From Epithemia pelagica (lineage: Eukaryota > Protista > Bacillariophyta): 64,000 bases of DNA. Positions 59,246 to 64,000 of this stretch are shown piece by piece; position 1 is the stretch's first letter; every line of letters starts with the position of its first letter. Both the position numbers and the translations under genes were made by a program. The notes under the pieces were generated by a model. That model was not told the origin of the DNA and did no database searches. It saw only the letters and a program-made list of their open reading frames with translations. The stretch lies in assembly GCA_946965045.2 (NCBI GenBank), contig OX337238.1:2356001-2420000 (forward strand). The letters are read 5' to 3'.

Positions 59246-59655
59246 TTACCCGTTGAAGCTGCGTAGAATCGACAGCTAGACGTTGCCTCCGACAGGGCCG
59301 AAGCTTAGAATGATGCATCGCATTTCAGGGAGGGTTCATGAGGCTCATTTATATACATGATAAGATAGACTTGGTTTCACCAGCCTGTGGACTCCGAGAA
59401 ACTCCTATAAAGATACGATCCGCTATTTTAGGACCCAGGAGTTGGCTTCCCTCATTGTCGTCTATTGAAAGCCTACTTCTACTCTAGAGTAGCTAGAGGG
59501 ATAGTTTCACTTAGAAATGCTAAGGAGTATAGTTGTTTCGCGACAGATCGCCGTTCGCACCACAGACCATCCACCACCACACAACAAGCAAAGAGTGTTA
59601 TGACTGTGGATCCTTAGATAGAAGTGCAATATACCAGTGGTGATGATGAACGAAT

Positions 59656-60198
59656 CTAACCATAGACTGCGGCCTGCATGCTGGCGTTGCCAGTCGTTGC
59701 TGCGGAAACAAAGTTGTTCGTGTCCCATTCAAAACCAACTTGTTCAAGGCGGGCAATGCGCTTGTCGTTGATAATGCGTGAACCGAAACCTGAGGAAAAC
59801 TTGAAGCGCTCCTTTCGCTGAGTTTCTACCCATCCACCAAGATTGATACCACCAACGACGAATCCAACCGGAACGCGACAATGTCCGTAAGTTCGTTTGA
59901 AGGTTCTCAACAGTGCAAACTTAACTTCCCATCCAACCAAGGCCTTGCGTTTGTTCTTGTCCTCGGTCCCAGAAGGAGTTTTGAGGCCAAAAGAAGAAAC
60001 AGCAGTCATTGCGGTTCCTTGCAGAGTTGAAAATACCGATGATGGCTGGTGGTTCTCTTCTGTGAGGGCCAACGTTACTGGCAAGCTCGAACCAAATTTT
60101 GTCGAGGGACACTGAATCCTTGGTCCGTAAAGCATCTGACAAACGTTTCCACCAGCTCGTGCTGAAAGGAGCATCGGAAGGGGGCGCAACAACATCAT
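59656..60198 (-). CDS. Helicase-associated (HA) domain protein
   Basis: WEVKFALLRTFKRTYGHCRVP..LGGWVETQR..RIARLEQVGFEW matches the HA domain consensus. Start placed at MMLLRP (ATG ~60198); the track start at 60285 is TTG. Confidence 0.8.
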   Translation of the reverse strand: MMLLRPLPMLLSARAGGNVCQMLYGPRIQCPSTKFGSSLPVTLALTEENHQPSSVFSTLQGTAMTAVSSFGLKTPSGTEDKNKRKALVGWEVKFALLRTFKRTYGHCRVPVGFVVGGINLGGWVETQRKERFKFSSGFGSRIINDKRIARLEQVGFEWDTNNFVSAATTGNASMQAAVYG

Positions 60199-60354
60199 GA
60201 TCTGACTTTCGTTGAAACAAAGGGATTCACAAATCTCTAAAGCACAAAATTGATGCGAAAAACGAAAAAGAGATTCTGCAACCAAAGATCCATACCTGTG
60301 AGATCGTTCGTTCTCGAAACTTGAAGCATCATGACAGAAGTAATCAAGTAGGTA

Positions 60355-61180
60355 GGTCCAATCAGAACGCAGGATGAAAATTCGAATGTCTCAAGACAAT
60401 TGAGAGTCGTGGTCGATCATCTATGAAACATACAAGACAAGTACGAGCACTCATGAACCATAACAGAAATTGCTGATGTCTCAAGACAATTGAGAGTCGT
60501 GGTCGATCATCTATGAAACATACAAGACAAGTACGAGCACTCATGAACCATAACAGAAATTGCTAATGTTTCAAGACAATTGAGAGTCGTGGTCGATCAT
60601 CTATGAAACATACAAGACAAGTACGAGCACTCATGAACCATAACAGAAATTGCTGATTTGTACACAAGCAGGCACCCGGCTCGTCCAATCAGAACGTTGA
60701 GTAGAGTTTCGAGTGTCTGAAGACAACGGTCGATCATCAGCTCCTGATATTGCAACAATGAAACAAACATACGAGTTTCATGAACCATGACAGGGGTGCA
60801 TGGGTCTCGTCCAATCAGGACGCTGTATAAAAATTCGACTGTCTCAAGACAGCAGAGTGTCGTGGTCGATCATCAAATCCTGAGATATTGCAACAATGAA
60901 CACTACAGGGAATGCTGATTTGTACGTAGGTCTCGTCCAATTAGCACGTTGGATAAAAATTCGAGTGTCTCAAGACAAGAACGCAGTCTTGGTCCAGTTC
61001 GCATCCCAACGAGTTCGGAATCCGGTTGTCAAACAATAATTCTCTCATGGCTCACAATCAGCTAGAACTCCTCATATTGTAGAAGTTCTCATAAGATTTC
61101 ATGGAATCAAATGCATCCTGATATTCCAAGGACGAAACATACCAGCACTCAAGAACCATGACAGGGATTGCTGATTTATA
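60355..61180. repeat. Tandem array: three near-perfect 90-bp units (60391, 60481, 60571) followed by degenerate ~125-bp units each starting GTCCAAT(C/T)AG
   Basis: Direct reading of repeated tcaagacaattgagagtcgtggtcgatcat...; GTCCAAT at ~60356, ~60683, ~60810 and ~60935. Confidence 0.9.
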
Positions 61181-64000
61181 CATAATGCTGAAGAAGCCGC
61201 ATTCAAAGCAGGCAAGAGATCGTTTCATGGCTATGGTTCAGCGAGTAACCGGGGCTCATCGATACGACCTAAACCGTTTTGTTGTTTTATCATGGAAACG
61301 AACAGGGTCAAATTTGCTCTGCGGCATTTTGTTTAACCATCCCGAAATCCTTATGCATAACGAGCTGTTCAATCCACTTGATATATTTACGTACTATCAA
61401 CACATGCTAGTACGCAATGAGGAGGGTGATCGCTGGAATGCATTGGGGAGGGATTTGTACCCTGATGCTTTTCTTGAACATGTGTGGACAGGAAAAGACA
61501 TTTCGGGCGTCGTGATCAAGGAAGGTGTGAAGACTTGTGGTTTCAAGTCTTTTCCAGATCATTGGTGGGAAGCACACAACAACACTGTTTTCAACAGCAA
61601 AATAATGGATGATTTTCGAGTCAAAAAGGTAGTCCTTTTTCGAGAAGATGAGTTAGAGGTGTATATTTCCATGAAAAGGGCTGAAATGACAGGACTTTAC
61701 ATGACAGTGCCATACCCTGCTGGGCTCAAGATTCATGTTGACCCTGCGGCTTTTCAAATCTTTATCAACAACTACCGCGATACATTCCGTCGTTGGTACA
61801 AATCGTCCCTTCAAGCTCAAGACACGTTTCTTGTGTCATACGAGCAACTAGTTGCTGAAGAACACTTTGAGGCTGAAATTCTTCCAGCGTTGTGGGATTT
61901 TTTAGGTGTTGATCGAACCATCCCAATGAGGCGACTGAGAGAGACCGTTAAGCAGTCCGACCCCAAACAAGCCGTATCAGATGCAATTGACAACTATGAA
62001 GAACTGGAATTTTGTTTTCGCCATACTGATGTCAAGCATTTCAAGGCACAAAGAGAGCTAGGGTCTCTTCCCACAAGAAAAACGTCTTTCCCAGACATTC
62101 CGATAAAGCCAGAAGACGGAACTTGGTCCATTCTGCTTCCCATTTGCTCTCGAACCAAACAAGGGCCACGTCATGCCATCGCTCAAGACCGAAACGATGT
62201 AAACATGAACTTTGATGCCAACCGCTTTCATGAACTTGCCATTTCAAGCCAGTACAAGGATTGCACTGGCTCAGAGGACAAAACTTTGTCTGAGGAATGC
62301 TGGCGCCGTTTGAAGGCATTTGCTGATTCCTTACGGAAGACTTGCGCAACTGCTGAGCTCGAGAAAACCGAGTGCGTCGTTGGCATCGACGTTGATGATC
62401 CAGTGTTTCGCGGACAGGAGGAACACATTCGTGCCTTATTACCTTGCAAAGTGCAATTTGTTGAAGTTACCAGGAAGATGTACGGGAGAGTTTGTCGTAT
62501 ATGGAACCATTTGGGTTCACGGGCTAAGAATGATTATGTTGTACACCTCGGAGACGATGTTGTCTTGATGGATGAGGAATGGCAGCGGCAGGTCATTGTT
62601 AAGTTTCATGAAATTTCCCAGTGCTCTGGACTCCCTTTCGGCGCAGCTTGTGTCGCCCTGACGGACGAGAGCTTCCCTGGATTTCCAACCTTTCCAGTAG
62701 TGCATCGATGGCACATCAACAAGTTTGGCACTGTACTTCCTCGGCAGTTTGTGAACCAAGGAGGGGACCCTTACTTGTACGAGTTGTACAGTCGATTCAA
62801 CGCCTCGTCGTTCGTTCCTCGCTGTCGCCTAACAAATACCATTGGCGGCGACGGTACGGCCCGATACATGAAGCACGATATCAATTGGAAAGGACAAATC
62901 CTTCGACTCAATCTGATGCACCTCAGTGAGTTCCTGGGTAACACATCACAGAATGGTATCTGTCTCGATGTTGTGGTCCCGAGCTATAGAACCAATAACA
63001 AAACAATTCTGAAGAAGATTGTTTCTCTTGGATGCTCAGTTCCAGCTTACGTGCGGTTTTGGCTGGTTGTCGATAACCCTGATGAAGGTCATCGAAAGGA
63101 CGTGTTGGATCTGGCAGCGGAGACCAACGAGGAACGATTCTCTCGCGAGGGGAACTACTTCGTTTCAGCACTTCATTACAGCGAGAATCGTGGTGCTAGT
63201 TTCGCCAGAAACTTTGGCTTCAACTTCTCTACGGCTGATTGGGTGTTGTTCATTGATGACGATGTGACGCCAAGCGATCATATCTTGGATGCCTACATTG
63301 GAGCGATTCGACGGTACCCCAAAGCATGTGTCTTTGTGGGCAACACGCAACCACCAGTCGCTACAAATACTTGGACCAAAATGCTACGGACGTGCAACAT
63401 CATGTTTTTCTACGGCATTGCAAACCATCTCCCATTCCCTCCTTGGGGCGTTACGGCAAACCTAATGGTTCGTGGCTCTCGACATAACAATACCATCCAG
63501 TTCAAGAGTTTGTATCCCAAGACAGGGGGTGGCGAAGATATTTACCTTTGCTTCCAGTTCAAGGAATGGTACAACTCATCGTCTGTGAAAGACCGTGTCA
63601 TTGTCGGTGTACCAGGAGCGGAGGCCTACCATCCTTGGTGGAACGATAGCAAAGTTTGCTACCGGCAGATCAATGGCTGGGCTTGGGGTGATTCTCTCTG
63701 CATATCACAGTGGCCGAAAAAATGCTTTTGGTCCTTTCCAAACTGGATCGAATTTATTGTCCTTGTCGTACCTGTCACCTCATGCATTTTGCCGGGGCTC
63801 TCTCTGTACCGTTCGCTGATGGCTGCTCTCCTGATTTGTGCCACGGAACACATTTGGCTCATGATCAAGTACTATCCATCCGCATGTCGTCACGTCCAAA
63901 GCCGGAACGTGCTATACCGATTGTTGGTAGCGTTTGGAGCTGGAACGGTCTTGTCGTTCCAGGAACTCACCAGAGTTGTCGCTCATCTCTCTCGTGGTCA
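61158..64000 (+). CDS. Sulfotransferase (Stf0-like) + GT-A + GT2 glycosyltransferase fusion with C-terminal TM segments, partial; missing from ORF track
   Basis: Manual translation is open from ATG 61158 to the window end (>940 codons). Motifs: FVVLSWKRTGSNLL..HPEILMHNELF, GFKSF, SYEQL..LWDFLG (sulfotransferase); VHLGDDVVL..FPTFPVVHR..NQGGDP (GT-A); DVVVPSYR, GASFARN, DWVLFIDDD, KTGGGED (GT2). Confidence 0.85.
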   Translation, partial: MTGIADLYIMLKKPHSKQARDRFMAMVQRVTGAHRYDLNRFVVLSWKRTGSNLLCGILFNHPEILMHNELFNPLDIFTYYQHMLVRNEEGDRWNALGRDLYPDAFLEHVWTGKDISGVVIKEGVKTCGFKSFPDHWWEAHNNTVFNSKIMDDFRVKKVVLFREDELEVYISMKRAEMTGLYMTVPYPAGLKIHVDPAAFQIFINNYRDTFRRWYKSSLQAQDTFLVSYEQLVAEEHFEAEILPALWDFLGVDRTIPMRRLRETVKQSDPKQAVSDAIDNYEELEFCFRHTDVKHFKAQRELGSLPTRKTSFPDIPIKPEDGTWSILLPICSRTKQGPRHAIAQDRNDVNMNFDANRFHELAISSQYKDCTGSEDKTLSEECWRRLKAFADSLRKTCATAELEKTECVVGIDVDDPVFRGQEEHIRALLPCKVQFVEVTRKMYGRVCRIWNHLGSRAKNDYVVHLGDDVVLMDEEWQRQVIVKFHEISQCSGLPFGAACVALTDESFPGFPTFPVVHRWHINKFGTVLPRQFVNQGGDPYLYELYSRFNASSFVPRCRLTNTIGGDGTARYMKHDINWKGQILRLNLMHLSEFLGNTSQNGICLDVVVPSYRTNNKTILKKIVSLGCSVPAYVRFWLVVDNPDEGHRKDVLDLAAETNEERFSREGNYFVSALHYSENRGASFARNFGFNFSTADWVLFIDDDVTPSDHILDAYIGAIRRYPKACVFVGNTQPPVATNTWTKMLRTCNIMFFYGIANHLPFPPWGVTANLMVRGSRHNNTIQFKSLYPKTGGGEDIYLCFQFKEWYNSSSVKDRVIVGVPGAEAYHPWWNDSKVCYRQINGWAWGDSLCISQWPKKCFWSFPNWIEFIVLVVPVTSCILPGLSLYRSLMAALLICATEHIWLMIKYYPSACRHVQSRNVLYRLLVAFGAGTVLSFQELTRVVAHLSRG

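Noticed and set aside
59477-59496. Palindrome CTACTCTAGAGTAG followed by CTAG as a Helitron 3' end
   Set aside because: Loopless short palindrome with no spacer before CTAG, no matching 5' end and no second copy in the window; could be chance.
60391-60660. CRISPR-like array
   Set aside because: Units are contiguous 90-bp tandem copies with no unique spacers and no cas genes, in a eukaryotic context.

Overview
Eukaryotic nuclear DNA, most likely from a diatom (inference: short 68-127 bp GT-AG introns, signal-peptide+F/W plastid-type presequences, HA-domain and Kelch expansions). The left 33 kb is a segmental-duplication mosaic. A cassette [Crinkler/RHS-like NTPase-REase ->][<- uncharacterised gene X][shared divergent promoter][Kelch propeller + unrecognised helical domain + coiled coil/NLS ->] recurs three times (the CRN gene in two of the three), and the copies are in different states of decay. 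A plastid-type U32 (RlhA-like) gene follows, whose 3' half is tandemly duplicated together with a short Kelch gene. In total there are eight Kelch paralogues plus two fragments, with patchwork near-identical tracts and variable loops. The right half holds a Cys-rich membrane protein, a PPR protein, three tandem fatty-acid-hydroxylase/sterol-desaturase copies (two broken, one by a 379-bp element containing a 120-150 nt hairpin), a 5'-truncated RNase H-bearing LINE, DGAT2, a divergent pair of Crinkler-type REase(/kinase) genes with shared upstream motifs, an HA-domain gene, a CCAAT-containing tandem array and a sulfotransferase-GT-GT fusion. Two real genes run off the window ends and are absent from the ORF track: a class 3 lipase at 1-1068 (-) and the sulfotransferase-GT fusion at 61158-64000 (+). 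All family assignments come from motifs read by eye; no searches were run.
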